From positions 41,429 through 105,428 of the forward strand of contig WHSR01000005.1 of NCBI GenBank assembly GCA_009379995.1: DNA of 64,000 nucleotides. Reading direction: 5' to 3'. The stretch's first letter is position 1; every line of letters begins with the position of its first letter. Positions 52,177 through 62,541 of this stretch are shown piece by piece. The translations under genes were made by a program, and so were the position numbers. A model generated the notes under the pieces. That model did no database searches. It was given only the letters and a program-made list of their open reading frames with translations, and was not told the DNA's origin. Origin of the DNA: Streptosporangiales bacterium. Lineage in GTDB: Bacteria; Actinomycetota; Actinomycetes; Streptosporangiales; WHSR01.

Positions 52177-52209
52177 GGTCAGTTCTTGTTGGTCAGTTCT
52201 TGTTGGTCA
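52177..52209. repeat. 14-bp tandem duplication covering the cobT stop codon
   Basis: GGTCAGTTCTTGTT x2 followed by GGTCA. Confidence 0.85.
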
Positions 52210-53251
52210 CGCCGGCCGAGTCGAACGTTGCCACGTCACGCAACGCACGTACCGCCGCTTGCAGGATAGGCAGTGCGAGCAGCGCGCCGGTTCCTTCGCC
52301 GAGCCGCAGCTCCAGATCAACCAACGGCCGCAGGCCGAGATGCCCCAGCGCGACCGAATGGCCGGGCTCGGTGGAACGGTGGCCGGCAACGCAGGCGTCG
52401 AGGGCGGCGGGGGCGAGCGACCCGACGACCAGCGCGCTCGCGCCCGCGATCACGCCATCGAGCAGCACGGGGACCCGTAGCGCCGCGGCGCTCAGGATAA
52501 ACCCGGCAAGCGCGGCGTGTTCCAGACCCCCGACCGCCGCCACCACGCCGATGGGGTCGGCCGGATCGACACGATGCAGGGCGAGCGCCCGGCGCACCGC
52601 ATCGACCTTGCGAGCGTGCGTCGCCTCGTCGGCGCCGGTACCGCGGCCGGTGACCTCGCCCGGGTCCCGGCCGGTGAACGCGGCGATCAGCGCCGCGGAG
52701 GCGGTCGTGTTGGCGATGCCCATGTCTCCGGTCAGCAGGCAGTGACTTCCGTCCTGGACGAGATCGCGGGCCACCTCGATCCCGGCGACCATCGCGCGGC
52801 GGGCCTCCTCGCGTCCCATGGCCGGCTCGTGGGTGATGTCGGCGGTGCCGCGTCGTACCTTGCGGGAAAGCAGCCGCGGTGCCGGTTCGATGTCCACCGC
52901 GACGCCCACGTCAACGACCACCACCTCCGCGCCCGCCTGCGCCGCGAACGCGTTGACCGCCGCGCCCCCGGCGAGGAAGTTACGCACCATCTGCGCGGTC
53001 ACCTCCTGCGGCCACAGGGTCACCCGCTGGGCGTGCACGCCGTGGTCCGCCGCGAACACGGCAACCGCTGCCGGTGCGGGCAGCGGCGGTGGGCAGCTGC
53101 CGGCAAGCCCGGCAAGCTGCACCGACACATCCTCCAGGACACCGAGCGCGCCGCGCGGTTTGGTGAGCCGATCCTGCCGCTCCCGTGCCTCGGCGACCGC
53201 ACGCGCCTCGAGCGGCGCGATCGCGGCGAGCGTCTCGGCCAGCGGGTCCAT
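52193..53251 (-). CDS. cobT: Nicotinate-nucleotide--dimethylbenzimidazole phosphoribosyltransferase
   Basis: [36 protein letters not shown]; GGAGG RBS. Confidence 0.95.
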   Translation of the reverse strand: MDPLAETLAAIAPLEARAVAEARERQDRLTKPRGALGVLEDVSVQLAGLAGSCPPPLPAPAAVAVFAADHGVHAQRVTLWPQEVTAQMVRNFLAGGAAVNAFAAQAGAEVVVVDVGVAVDIEPAPRLLSRKVRRGTADITHEPAMGREEARRAMVAGIEVARDLVQDGSHCLLTGDMGIANTTASAALIAAFTGRDPGEVTGRGTGADEATHARKVDAVRRALALHRVDPADPIGVVAAVGGLEHAALAGFILSAAALRVPVLLDGVIAGASALVVGSLAPAALDACVAGHRSTEPGHSVALGHLGLRPLVDLELRLGEGTGALLALPILQAAVRALRDVATFDSAGVTNKN

Positions 53252-53362
53252 GCTGCCTCCTCCGGGTTTCGGCCGTGACCGAATTTCGCATCCACAGGAT
53301 CTCACCGCCGCATCGTGACGGTGCGCGCATCCAACCCGATGAACTCAACAAAAAAGAGTCTG

Positions 53363-53392
53363 TTGACGATCTGACTTCTAATTCCGTAGCAT
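53363..53392 (+). promoter_or_regulatory. Housekeeping-sigma promoter for the oxygenase operon, overlapping an inverted repeat
   Basis: TTGACG-N18-TAGCAT; TCAACA-N10-TGTTGA (53345-53366) overlaps the -35. Confidence 0.6.
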
Positions 53393-53422
53393 CACGCCAT
53401 TCGCGACGACCCGGGAGGCGCG

Positions 53423-54877
53423 ATGGCCATCTCCCAGGAGCTCTCGGCCTCCGTCGAGCACGCTGAGGACAACCCCTACCTCGTCGGCGTCTACGCTCCC
53501 GTCCACACCGAGATCACCGCCGATGATCTGGAGATCGTCGGCACGATCCCCAAGGACCTCGACGGCGTCTTCGTCCGCACCGGGCCGAATCCACAGTACG
53601 AACCCCAGGGGCGCTACCACTGGTTCGACGGCGACGGCATGCTGCACGCGATCCGCTTCGCGGACGGGCGCGCGAGCTACCGCAACAGGTGGGTGCGCAC
53701 GAAGGCGTTCCAGAAGGAGGCACGCGCCGGCCGCACCCTGTGGACCGGGGTGATGGAACACCCCGGCGGCAACGAGGCCGTCAACCGCAAAGGGCTGCCG
53801 CTCAAGGACACCGCGAACACCAGCGTGCACTACCACAACGGCAAGGTCCTCGCCCTGTGGTACCTCGCCGGCGAGCCGTACGCCGTCGACCCGCACACCC
53901 TGGACACGATCGGGGTGGAGACCTTCGACGGCACGCTGCAGTGCGACATGTCCGCCCACGCCAAGGTCGACGAGCGCACCGGCGAGCTGTTCTTCTTCGA
54001 CTACGGGCCGCGCCCGCCGTACCTCAGGTACGGCGTCGTGGACGCCGGCGGCCGCGTCACCCACTGCGTCGACATCGACCTGCCCGGCGCGCGTATGCCG
54101 CACGACATGGCCATCACCGACAGCTACGCGATCCTGATGGATCTGCCGCTGTACCGGGACCCCGAGGCGGCGCGGGAGGGCCGACACAAGATCATCTTTG
54201 ACCGGGAGCTGCCCTCCCGGTTCGCGGTGATCCCCAGACGAGGCACCGGCAGCGAGGTCCGCTGGTTCGAGGCCAGCCCGTGCTACATCTACCACATCAT
54301 CAACGCCTTCGAGGACGGCCCGGAGGTCGTCCTCGACGTATGCAGCGTGAGCCGCCCGCAGCCCATCGGATCGGGAAACCCGCTCGCACGCATGCTTTCG
54401 TACCTGCGGCTCGACGCCCACCTGCACCGCTACCGCTTCAACGTGCGTACCGGCGGCACCCGGGAGGAGCGGCGCGACGACGACAACACCGAGTTCCCGG
54501 CGATACCGACGCATCTCACCGGGCGACGCAGCCGGTACGCGTACAACGTCCACATCTCCCCGAAGGAAACGCTGCTCTTCGACGGGCTCGTCAAGTACGA
54601 CCTGACGACGGGGACGAGCGAGCGGTACGCCTTCGGTGAGGGCCGCTGGGGCAGCGAGACGCCGTTCGCCCTGCGGCCCGGCGCGGTCGCCGAGGACGAC
54701 GGCTACCTGGTGTCGTTCGTGCAGGACGAGCGGGAAGGCCGGTCGGAGGTGGTCATCCTCGACGCCGGTGACATCGCGGCCGGCCCGGTCGGCCGGGTTC
54801 TGCTGCCGCAGCGGGTGCCCATCGGCTTCCACGCCACCTGGGTCCGCGGTGACCAGCTACCCAAGGGACCGTCGTGA
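53423..54877 (+). CDS. Carotenoid/stilbene cleavage oxygenase family protein
   Basis: NPYL.G.YAP, RTGPNP, HWFDGDGM, four Fe-ligating His (SAH, MPHD, YHIIN, GFHA). Confidence 0.92.
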   Translation: MAISQELSASVEHAEDNPYLVGVYAPVHTEITADDLEIVGTIPKDLDGVFVRTGPNPQYEPQGRYHWFDGDGMLHAIRFADGRASYRNRWVRTKAFQKEARAGRTLWTGVMEHPGGNEAVNRKGLPLKDTANTSVHYHNGKVLALWYLAGEPYAVDPHTLDTIGVETFDGTLQCDMSAHAKVDERTGELFFFDYGPRPPYLRYGVVDAGGRVTHCVDIDLPGARMPHDMAITDSYAILMDLPLYRDPEAAREGRHKIIFDRELPSRFAVIPRRGTGSEVRWFEASPCYIYHIINAFEDGPEVVLDVCSVSRPQPIGSGNPLARMLSYLRLDAHLHRYRFNVRTGGTREERRDDDNTEFPAIPTHLTGRRSRYAYNVHISPKETLLFDGLVKYDLTTGTSERYAFGEGRWGSETPFALRPGAVAEDDGYLVSFVQDEREGRSEVVILDAGDIAAGPVGRVLLPQRVPIGFHATWVRGDQLPKGPS

Positions 54878-56589
54878 AGTGCCACCCGGCCGAGCGGGTC
54901 GCCGAGTACCGGGCGAAGGGCTGCTGGACGGAGGAGACAGTCGACGGCCTGCTGCGCGCCCAGATCGCCCGCAGGCCGCACGCGCCGGCGATCGTCGACC
55001 CGCCGAACAAGAAGGACCTGCTCGGTCTCTCCCCCTTCCGGCTGACCTGGGCCGAGCTCGACGAGCGCGTCGACAGGCTCGCCGCCGTGCTGGGTGCGTA
55101 CGGCGTGCGGCAGGGCGACGTCGTCGCCGTCCAGCTGCCCAACAGCGTCGAGATCGTGGAGGCGTCGCTCGCGATCATCCGGTTGGGCGCGATCGTCACA
55201 CCGTTCCCGGTGCAGTACCGGGAGTACGAGCTGATCCAGCTCGGCCGCCTGGCGAAGGTCACCGCGTTCGTCACGGCGACCCGGATCGGGGATCGCGCGA
55301 ACGCAGAGGCAGTGCGGGCGCTCCGCGCCGAGATCCCGACACTGCGCACGGTGCTCGCCGTCGGCCCCGGGGCACCCGAGGGGGTCGTCGCGCTCGACGA
55401 GGTTCTGGAGCGCCCGTACAACGCCGCCGCGCTGCGTGCGTACCTCGACGGCCTCGCCGTCGACCCGAACGACTGCGTGACGATCTGCTGGACGTCGGGC
55501 ACCGAGGACACCCCGAAGGGCGTGCCGCGCTGCAGCTACGACTGGTTGGCGATCTGTTGGGCCTGCGTGGACGCGCCGCGGCTCACCGAGAACGACGTGC
55601 TGCTCAACCCGTTCCCGATGGCCAACATGGCGGGCATCGCCGGCATGTTCCTGCCGTGGCTTCGGGTCGGCTGCGTGCTCGCCCAGCACCACCCGTTCGA
55701 CCTGCCGACCTTCCTCGCCCAGGTCGCCGAGGAGCGGGTCACGTACACGGTCGCCCCGCCCGCGTTGCTGTCCATGTTGCTGGCCCGGGAGGACATCCTC
55801 GGCCGCGCCGACATCTCCTCGCTGCGGCTCATCGGTTCCGGCTCGATGCCGTTGTCCCCGGCGATGGTGGCGGGCTGGCAGGAGCGCCACGGCATCGGGA
55901 TCATCAACTTCTTCGGTTCCAACGAGGGCGTAGCGCTGCTCAGCGACCCGGTCAACATCCCCGACCCGGCGGAGCGGGCGCGGTACTTCCCCCGGTACGG
56001 CGCCGAGGGGATCAGGTGGGCCTCCCGGATCGCCGACTGGATGTCGGTCAGACTCGTCGACCCGACATCCGGGGAGGAGATCGCCGAGCCGGGTCGCCCG
56101 GGCGAGCTGGCGATCAAGGGCCCGACGCTCTTCGCCGGCTACCTTGCCGGCACGGGGGCCGCCGAGCCGTTCGACGCGGACGGCTACCTTCGCACCGGGG
56201 ACGTATTCGAGATCGCCGGCGATCGGGCGCAGTACCTCCGCTACGTCGACCGGGCCAAGGACCTCATCATCCGCGGCGGCATGAACATCGCGCCCGCCGA
56301 GGTCGAAGGGCTGCTCTCCGGGCACCCGAGGATCGCCGAGTGCGCGGTCGTCGGCTACCCAGACGAGGTCCTGGGCGAGAGGTGCTGCCTGTTCGCCGTG
56401 CCCACACCGGAGGCGTCGCTCGGTCTCGACGAGGTAGTCGCTTATCTGCGGGAACAGCGCATCGCGCCGTACAAGCTGCCGGAGCGGCTGGAGATCGTCG
56501 ACGCGCTGCCGCGCAACCCGCTCGGCAAGGTGGTCAAGCACGAGCTGCGCGACCGACTCGCGCCGGGCGGCTCGCCTTCGCGCTCGTGA
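54874..56589 (+). CDS. AMP-binding acyl-CoA ligase
   Basis: WTSGTEDTPKG, FGSNEG, RTGD, KDLIIRGG.NI, YKLPE, LPRNPLGK; stop codon lies inside palindrome copy 5. Confidence 0.9.
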   Translation: MKCHPAERVAEYRAKGCWTEETVDGLLRAQIARRPHAPAIVDPPNKKDLLGLSPFRLTWAELDERVDRLAAVLGAYGVRQGDVVAVQLPNSVEIVEASLAIIRLGAIVTPFPVQYREYELIQLGRLAKVTAFVTATRIGDRANAEAVRALRAEIPTLRTVLAVGPGAPEGVVALDEVLERPYNAAALRAYLDGLAVDPNDCVTICWTSGTEDTPKGVPRCSYDWLAICWACVDAPRLTENDVLLNPFPMANMAGIAGMFLPWLRVGCVLAQHHPFDLPTFLAQVAEERVTYTVAPPALLSMLLAREDILGRADISSLRLIGSGSMPLSPAMVAGWQERHGIGIINFFGSNEGVALLSDPVNIPDPAERARYFPRYGAEGIRWASRIADWMSVRLVDPTSGEEIAEPGRPGELAIKGPTLFAGYLAGTGAAEPFDADGYLRTGDVFEIAGDRAQYLRYVDRAKDLIIRGGMNIAPAEVEGLLSGHPRIAECAVVGYPDEVLGERCCLFAVPTPEASLGLDEVVAYLREQRIAPYKLPERLEIVDALPRNPLGKVVKHELRDRLAPGGSPSRS

Positions 56590-56636
56590 TCTTGCGGAAA
56601 TTCGAGTCGAGGGGGTTCGAATTTCTGCAAGATCAC
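56586..56636. repeat. Palindromic REP/MITE-like element, copy 5
   Basis: GTGATCTTGCGGAAATTCGA-gtcgagggggt-TCGAATTTCTGCAAGATCAC; between co-directional genes. Confidence 0.9.
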
Positions 56637-56710
56637 GGGCAAAGGGGCGGGGGCACGGATCGTGTCAACCGCCGTACGGAGCGTGGATCCGATCACTATG
56701 CTCACGTCGG

Positions 56711-57694
56711 GTGAGCGCCACGATAAGTGCCGGCGTGGGGTTGTGGCTGGACCGGCCGCCCGAGGATGCGCTCCACACGGCGGCACTCGCCGACGAGCTG
56801 GACTACCCGAACCTGTGGATCGGCGAGATGGCGACATACGACGCGTTCGCCCTCGCCACCGCGATCGCGCTCGGCACCCGACGCATCCCACTCACCCTTG
56901 GCCCGCTGGCCGTGACCGTACGCGACCCGGTCATGATCGCCATGGGGGTCGCCTCCGTCGCCAACCTCACCCGCCGGCGGGTCGACGTCGCGCTCGGCAC
57001 CTCCAGCAGAACTGTCGTCGAGGAGTGGCACGGGAGGTCCCGGGCGGGCTCGTCGGCCGCCCTCGCCGAGACGGCGACCGCGCTGCGCCCGCTGCTCGAC
57101 GGGGATCGGGCCGAGATCGCGGGTACCGCGGTACGTACCGCCGGGTACCGGCTGCGCCTCGACCCACCGAAGAGCGCGATCGCTGTCGCCGCCTTCGGCG
57201 AGATGGCGATCGAGGCGGCAGCGACACGCGCCGACCGGATGGTCGTCAACCTGGTGAGCGCCGAGGCCGCCGGCCAGCTGCGGGAACGGCTGGCGGAGGC
57301 CGCCGGCCGGGCAGGGCGACCCGTCCCGCCACTCACCGCGTGGTTGCCGGCGGCGGTGGATCCGACCGAGGAATCTCTCCTCCAGGTGAACCGGGGCCTC
57401 GTACCGTATCTCGCCGCACCCGGGTACTCCCGGATGTTCACCGAGGCCGGGTACGGCGAGGTAGTCGAGCTTGCCCGCGGTGAGCCGCGTCCGCAGGAAG
57501 TGCTCGCCGCGCTGCCTCTGGATGTCGTCGAGACCGTCGGACTCGTCGGCCCGGCCGAAGTGGTCGAGCGCCGCATCGCGGCCTACCTGGACGCCGGGGT
57601 CGACGAGATAGCGATCGTGCCCGCCACCGCCGGCGACCCGGGCGGTCGGCGCACGCTGCAGGCGGTCAAGGAGATGCCGTGCGCAAGGGGCTGA
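56711..57694 (+). CDS. LLM-class, probably F420-dependent oxidoreductase
   Basis: LWIGEMATYDAF, LGTSS..VVEEWHG, YLAAPGY..MF, YLDAGVDE. Confidence 0.85.
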   Translation: MSATISAGVGLWLDRPPEDALHTAALADELDYPNLWIGEMATYDAFALATAIALGTRRIPLTLGPLAVTVRDPVMIAMGVASVANLTRRRVDVALGTSSRTVVEEWHGRSRAGSSAALAETATALRPLLDGDRAEIAGTAVRTAGYRLRLDPPKSAIAVAAFGEMAIEAAATRADRMVVNLVSAEAAGQLRERLAEAAGRAGRPVPPLTAWLPAAVDPTEESLLQVNRGLVPYLAAPGYSRMFTEAGYGEVVELARGEPRPQEVLAALPLDVVETVGLVGPAEVVERRIAAYLDAGVDEIAIVPATAGDPGGRRTLQAVKEMPCARG

Positions 57695-58784
57695 TGGCCA
57701 AGCTGGCCGCCGGGCTGGGCGTGGTCGCCGTCGTGGGCTCCGCCGCGCCCACGGCCGCCGCACCGGCCGCGCCGGCCGCACCGCAGCGCGTGCCGCAGTG
57801 CTCACGGCACGCGCTGCAGGTGAGCATGCAGGAGGGTGCGCCGGCCGATCAGCGGTCGTGGGCTGGCTGTGCAGCATCGGCCCGGCCGCCGGGAAGACCC
57901 TGCAGCTACTGGTGCCCGGATACACCTACGACCACTCCTACTGGGACTTCGGCCACCGGCCGGACCGTTACTCCTACATCCGGTCGGCGACGCGGGCCGG
58001 ATACGCCACCTTCTCCTTCGACCGCCTCGGCGCTGGCCGCAGCAGCAGGCCGCCCGCGCTGCAGGTCGACGTGCCGACGCACGCCTGGACGGTCCACCAG
58101 CTGGTGACCTCGCTGCGGGCCGGCCGCTTCGGCGGTAGCGCGTTCGACAAGATCGCCCTGGTCGGGCACTCGATGGGCGCGGCCATCGCGCAGGTCGAGG
58201 CGTCGACGTACCGCGACGTCGACGCGGTGGTACTCAGCGACTGGCTGCACACCCCGCTGTGGCGGGGTACCCCGCAGGTACCGATCAGCTCGATCCCCGC
58301 CCAGCACGATGCCCGCTTCACCGACACCCCGCTCGGCTACGTCACCACGGCACCGGGGACCCGCCGGCTCATCTTCTACTCGGGGAACGTCGAGGACGAG
58401 GTAGTCGCGCACGACGAGGCCACCAAGCAGACGGGCACCCTCGGCGAGGAGCACAGCGTGGTGCCGACGGTCCTGCCGCACGTGACCCGGGGGATCAGGG
58501 CGCCGGTGCTGCTGGCGACCGGAGAGCACGATGCCCTGTTCTGCGGGCCGGTGAGCCCGTGCACCGACGCGGCGACCGTACGGTCACGCGAGGTGGGCTT
58601 CTTCTCGTCCCAGGCATGTCTGACGACCTACGTCCTGCCCGGAGCGGGTCACAACATCAACCTGCACCGGAACTCGCGGGACTGGCTCGGTGAGGCGAGT
58701 CGATGGATCGATGCCGTACTGGGCAAACGGGCCACGACGCCGTCGCCGGGCTGCGCCGGCATCCGGGCCGGCGCCGGCGAATAG
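57679..58784 (+). pseudogene. Secreted alpha/beta hydrolase, frameshifted near 57854 (pseudogene or sequencing error)
   Basis: Signal peptide in ORF 57679.. (AAGGAG RBS); catalytic part (G.TY..SYWD, GHSMG, GEHD, AGHNINLH) in the frame of 57798..58784. Confidence 0.8.
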
Positions 58785-58796
58785 CGAACCGGAGCC

Positions 58797-59747
58797 TCAG
58801 CGACCCGAGCCGGTGGCGGGGCCGGGCAGGAAGTAGGCCTCGCCACGCCGCAGCGTTCGGTCGCAATGCGGGCAGATCAGCTCGGGCGCGAGGAGCTGCC
58901 CGCAGTCGCGGTGGACGATGTCCAGCTGTCGTCCCTCGGGCGTGGGGAGAAAGCGTTCGCCCCACTCGACGAGCAGCACCAGCACGTCGAAGAACGCCCG
59001 TCCCTTGTCGGTGAGGCGGTACTCGGCCCGCCGTACTCCCTCCGCAGGTGGGACGTGGCGCAGAACGCCCAACTCGCCGAACCGGCGCAGCCGCTCGGCC
59101 AGCACGCTGGGCGGAATGCCGAGCTCGTGCTGGAAGTCGCTGAACCGGCGGACACGCAGGAAGGCCGCCGCGAGCAGCGCCGTACTCCAGCGGTCGCCGA
59201 GAAGCGCCATGGTCTCGGGGAAGAACGACGGAGGGTTCCTGGGGTCCGGGCTCGAGCCGGGGTGCCGGTGCCGGCGCGGCGGGCTCGACCGGTAATAGTC
59301 GCCGCCCGAGCGATGGACGTCCACGTCGGTGTCGTACGGGGTGACGCCCTTGCCGCACCGGCCGCATCCCAGCGCGGGAACGATGCTGGCGCCGCAGGTG
59401 CCGTGGGTGAGCTCGGGCAGGTCGTCGGCGTGCCGGGCGACCCACCGCTTCTCCCAGGCCCAGATCGACACCAGGATCCGCCAAGTCTCCAGGCCGCTTT
59501 CGGTGAGCCGGTACTCGTGCCGGGCCCGGCCGCCGTCCCGGTAGGGGCGCTTCTCCAGCAACCCGCTCGCCACTAGGTCGCGCAGCCGGACGGCGAGCAC
59601 GGACTCGGAGACGCCCAGCGCGTCCCGCCACCCCTGGAAGCGCTGAACACCGAGAAAGGCGCGCTGCAGGATGAGCAGGGTCCACTGATCGCCGAGCAGC
59701 AGTACCGCCCGGCCGATCGCGCTCGGGGACCGAGGGGCCGTGGTCAT
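58797..59747 (-). CDS. Tandem double-HxlR transcriptional regulator
   Basis: Two repeats of LGDxW..L...AF...RF....L..RL...EYRLT plus H..CG...C..C zinc-ribbon tails; ATG 59747. Confidence 0.88.
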   Translation of the reverse strand: MTTAPRSPSAIGRAVLLLGDQWTLLILQRAFLGVQRFQGWRDALGVSESVLAVRLRDLVASGLLEKRPYRDGGRARHEYRLTESGLETWRILVSIWAWEKRWVARHADDLPELTHGTCGASIVPALGCGRCGKGVTPYDTDVDVHRSGGDYYRSSPPRRHRHPGSSPDPRNPPSFFPETMALLGDRWSTALLAAAFLRVRRFSDFQHELGIPPSVLAERLRRFGELGVLRHVPPAEGVRRAEYRLTDKGRAFFDVLVLLVEWGERFLPTPEGRQLDIVHRDCGQLLAPELICPHCDRTLRRGEAYFLPGPATGSGR

Positions 59748-59763
59748 CGCTTCAGGTACGTGC

Positions 59764-60560
59764 TCAGCGCTTCCGACCGACCCCGCTGTAGAACATGGTC
59801 TTCTCCGGCTCCCGAACCTCTCGATCGTGCCGCACTCCGGCGCGTAAACCAGGCCCGGCTCCACCAGCTCGAACCCGTCGAAGAACCGCAGGATTTGCTG
59901 GTGGGTGCGCCCGATGATCGGAGCGGTGGCGCTCTGGTACACCTGCTCGATCTTCGCAGCGTCCTCGGGGCGGCTGTCGCCGGTCCCGTGCGAGATGACC
60001 AGGTAGCTGCCGGGCGCCATCGCGTCCCGCAGCTCAGCCACGATCCCGGCCGGATCCTCGTCGTCGGTGATGAAGTGCAGGATCGCGACCAGCAGGACCG
60101 CGATCGGCTGATCGAAGTCGATCAGCCGTTGTGTCTCGGCGCGGTTGAGGATCTTGCTCGGCTGGCGCAGATCCTCGTTGATGATCGTGGCGCTGTCGGT
60201 ATGCACCAACAGCGCGTTGCCGTGCGCCAGCACCACCGGGTCGTTGTCGACGTACACCACCCGGGCGTCCGGCACGAACTCCCGAGCCACCTCGTTAACC
60301 TGCCCCTGGGTGGGCAGCCCGGTCCCGATGTCGAGGAACTGCCGGATCCCCGCCTCACCGGCCAGGAACCGTACCGCCCTGCCGAGAAAGGCCCGGCTCT
60401 CCCGGACCGCGCGACGCCCGTCCGGTACGGCCGTCAGCACCCGTTCGGCAGCCTCCCGGTCGGCGGCGAAGTTGTCCTTCCCTCCGAGGTAGTAGTCGTA
60501 CATCCGGGCGACGTTCGGTGTGGTCGGGTCGATGCCGGCCGGTGACCACTCCTCCGCCAT
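59764..60560 (-). CDS. Actinobacterial SAM-dependent methyltransferase, frameshifted near 59833
   Basis: PNVARMYDYYLGGKDNF..DR, QFLDIGTGLP, YVDND; the natural ending W-R...YSGVGRKR* is in another frame, with stop at 59764. Confidence 0.85.
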
Positions 60561-60619
60561 CGGGCGACTCTCCTCCTCAGGCCTGCGGGTCTGCATGACA
60601 TGGTAGTTGCCCCTTGTTC

Positions 60620-60667
60620 GTGATCTTGCAGAAATTCGACCTGCCAGTTGAATTTCTGCAAGATCAC
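60620..60667. repeat. Palindromic REP/MITE-like element, copy 6
   Basis: GTGATCTTGCAGAAATTCGA-cctgccag-TTGAATTTCTGCAAGATCAC; outer TTGTTC/GAACAA; downstream of the sugar ABC operon. Confidence 0.9.
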
Positions 60668-60690
60668 GAACAAAGAAAGAAAGAAATGGG

Positions 60691-61581
60691 TCAGCCCTTC
60701 AGGCCGGTGCCGGCGATGCCCTCCACGATGCGGCGCTGGAACAGCAGGAACACCGTGAGCAGCGGCAGCAGCCCGAGCACCGCCGACGCCATGATCTGGG
60801 CGTAGGCGATGCCGATGTCGCTTTGCACCGTCGCCAGGCCCACCGTGAGCGTCATCGTCGGCGTGCTGGTGAGCACGATCAGCGGCCAGAGGAAGTTGTT
60901 CCACGACCACACGAACGTGAAGATCGTGACCGCGGAGATCGCGGGTATGGACAGCGGCATGAAGATCCGCAGGTAGACGCGCAGCCAGCTGGCCCCGTCG
61001 ACGTGCGCCGCATCCACGAGCTCGTCCGGCAGCCCGTCGAAAAACTGCTTGAACACGAAGACGGCTATCGCGAGCGGCACCTGCGGCAGGACAACCGACC
61101 AGTACGTGTTGAGCAGGTGCGCCGCGTTGAACTCGCGGAACAGCGGCACGATGAGGGCCTGCGAGGGCACCATGATCCCAGCGAGGATGAACCAGAACCA
61201 GATGCTGCGGGCACGCAGCGGCACCCGGGACAGCGCGAAACCCGCCATGCTGGCGAACACCACAGTCGTTGCGGCGATCAGGGTCGAGGTGATCGCGCTG
61301 TTCACGTACCAGTTGAGGATCTCGGTACCGCCGAGCACCTTGCCGAACGCCTCCAGGTTGGGCCGGTCGATGAGCCAGGTGACCGGCGCTATCGTGGTCT
61401 CCCCCTCCGGCTTGAACGCGGTGTCGACCGCCCAGGCCAGCGGGATGATCCAGATCGCGGCGAAGGCGAGAAGCACGCCCAGGCACAGCCGGTTGAACAG
61501 CTTGGCCCGCCAGTCCGGCCGGGCGAGGCCGCCGGCCGGCGCGGCGGCCTCGGCGGAGCGGGTCAGGGTGCTGGTGGCCAT
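60691..61581 (-). CDS. Carbohydrate ABC transporter permease (MalG-like)
   Basis: EAA loop ELVDAAHVDGA, WNNFLWP, FQRRIVEG. Confidence 0.92.
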   Translation of the reverse strand: MATSTLTRSAEAAAPAGGLARPDWRAKLFNRLCLGVLLAFAAIWIIPLAWAVDTAFKPEGETTIAPVTWLIDRPNLEAFGKVLGGTEILNWYVNSAITSTLIAATTVVFASMAGFALSRVPLRARSIWFWFILAGIMVPSQALIVPLFREFNAAHLLNTYWSVVLPQVPLAIAVFVFKQFFDGLPDELVDAAHVDGASWLRVYLRIFMPLSIPAISAVTIFTFVWSWNNFLWPLIVLTSTPTMTLTVGLATVQSDIGIAYAQIMASAVLGLLPLLTVFLLFQRRIVEGIAGTGLKG

Positions 61582-61583
61582 GG

Positions 61584-62519
61584 TCAGACCCCTCTCTCAG
61601 CTCGTCGGACCAGGGAGAACCAGCCGACGGAGACGGCCAGGATCACCAGGAACAGCAGCATCGAGGCGGCGGAGGCGTAACCGACCCGGTAGTTGGTGAA
61701 GCCGCTTTCGAAGATGTATTGGACCGCCGACCGGGTGCTGAAGTCGGGCCCTCCCTGCGTCATGATGTACATCTGGTCGAAGACCTTGAGCGAGGTGATG
61801 ACCTGCAGCACCGCGACCAGCGTCGTGGTACGGCCGAGCATCGGGATGGTGATCCGGCGGATCTGCTGCCACGGCCCGCCCCCGTCGATCGCGGCGGCCT
61901 CGTACAGCTCGCGCGGGATCTCCTGCAGCCCGGCGAGGTACAGCACGAAGTTGAACCCGAGCGTCCACCAGATGGTGCCAAGGGCGATCGAGGCCAGCGC
62001 CCAGTTCGGGTCGCCGAGCCAGGACGGCGCCGCGATGCCGAGCGAACTCAGCCAGCTGCTGTAGAGACCGAAGTCCGGTGTGTAGATCCAGACCCAGATC
62101 AGCGCCATCACCGACGACGGGATGACGTACGGCGCGAAGAACACCAGGCGGAAGAACCACCGACCGCGGGCCAGCCGGTTGGTCAAGATGGCCAGCGCCA
62201 GGGCCAGGACGACGAGCGGCGGTGTCGTCATGATCGTGAACAGGACCGTGTGCCACAGCGACGACCAGAACTCGGAGCTGGTGAGGGCCTCCGCGTAGTT
62301 GCCGAGCCCCGCGAAACCACCGAGGCCCGGGCGGACCAGGCTGGTGTTGAACAGGCTCATCACCGCCAGGTACGCGATGGGGCCGACGAGGAAGAGCAGG
62401 TACAGAACGACGAACGGGGCCAGCAGGCCGAGTCCGGCGGGGGTGGGGTGTGCCCGTCGCGCCCGGCCCGGGCGAGCACGGCGGCCGACCCGCGGTCGGG
62501 TCAGCGTCTCGGTGGCCAT
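61584..62519 (-). CDS. Carbohydrate ABC transporter permease (MalF-like)
   Basis: GLGNY, LAGLQEIP.ELYEAAAIDG, T.GGP, GYASA. Confidence 0.92.
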   Translation of the reverse strand: MATETLTRPRVGRRARPGRARRAHPTPAGLGLLAPFVVLYLLFLVGPIAYLAVMSLFNTSLVRPGLGGFAGLGNYAEALTSSEFWSSLWHTVLFTIMTTPPLVVLALALAILTNRLARGRWFFRLVFFAPYVIPSSVMALIWVWIYTPDFGLYSSWLSSLGIAAPSWLGDPNWALASIALGTIWWTLGFNFVLYLAGLQEIPRELYEAAAIDGGGPWQQIRRITIPMLGRTTTLVAVLQVITSLKVFDQMYIMTQGGPDFSTRSAVQYIFESGFTNYRVGYASAASMLLFLVILAVSVGWFSLVRRAERGV

Positions 62520-62541
62520 GACGGACCTCCAACGAGCGGGT

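Noticed and set aside
53252-53340. Cobalamin riboswitch or degenerate palindrome copy upstream of cobT
   Set aside because: No B12-box or conserved riboswitch core was seen; similarity to the repeat is limited to short words (GGCCGTGA, GAATTTC).
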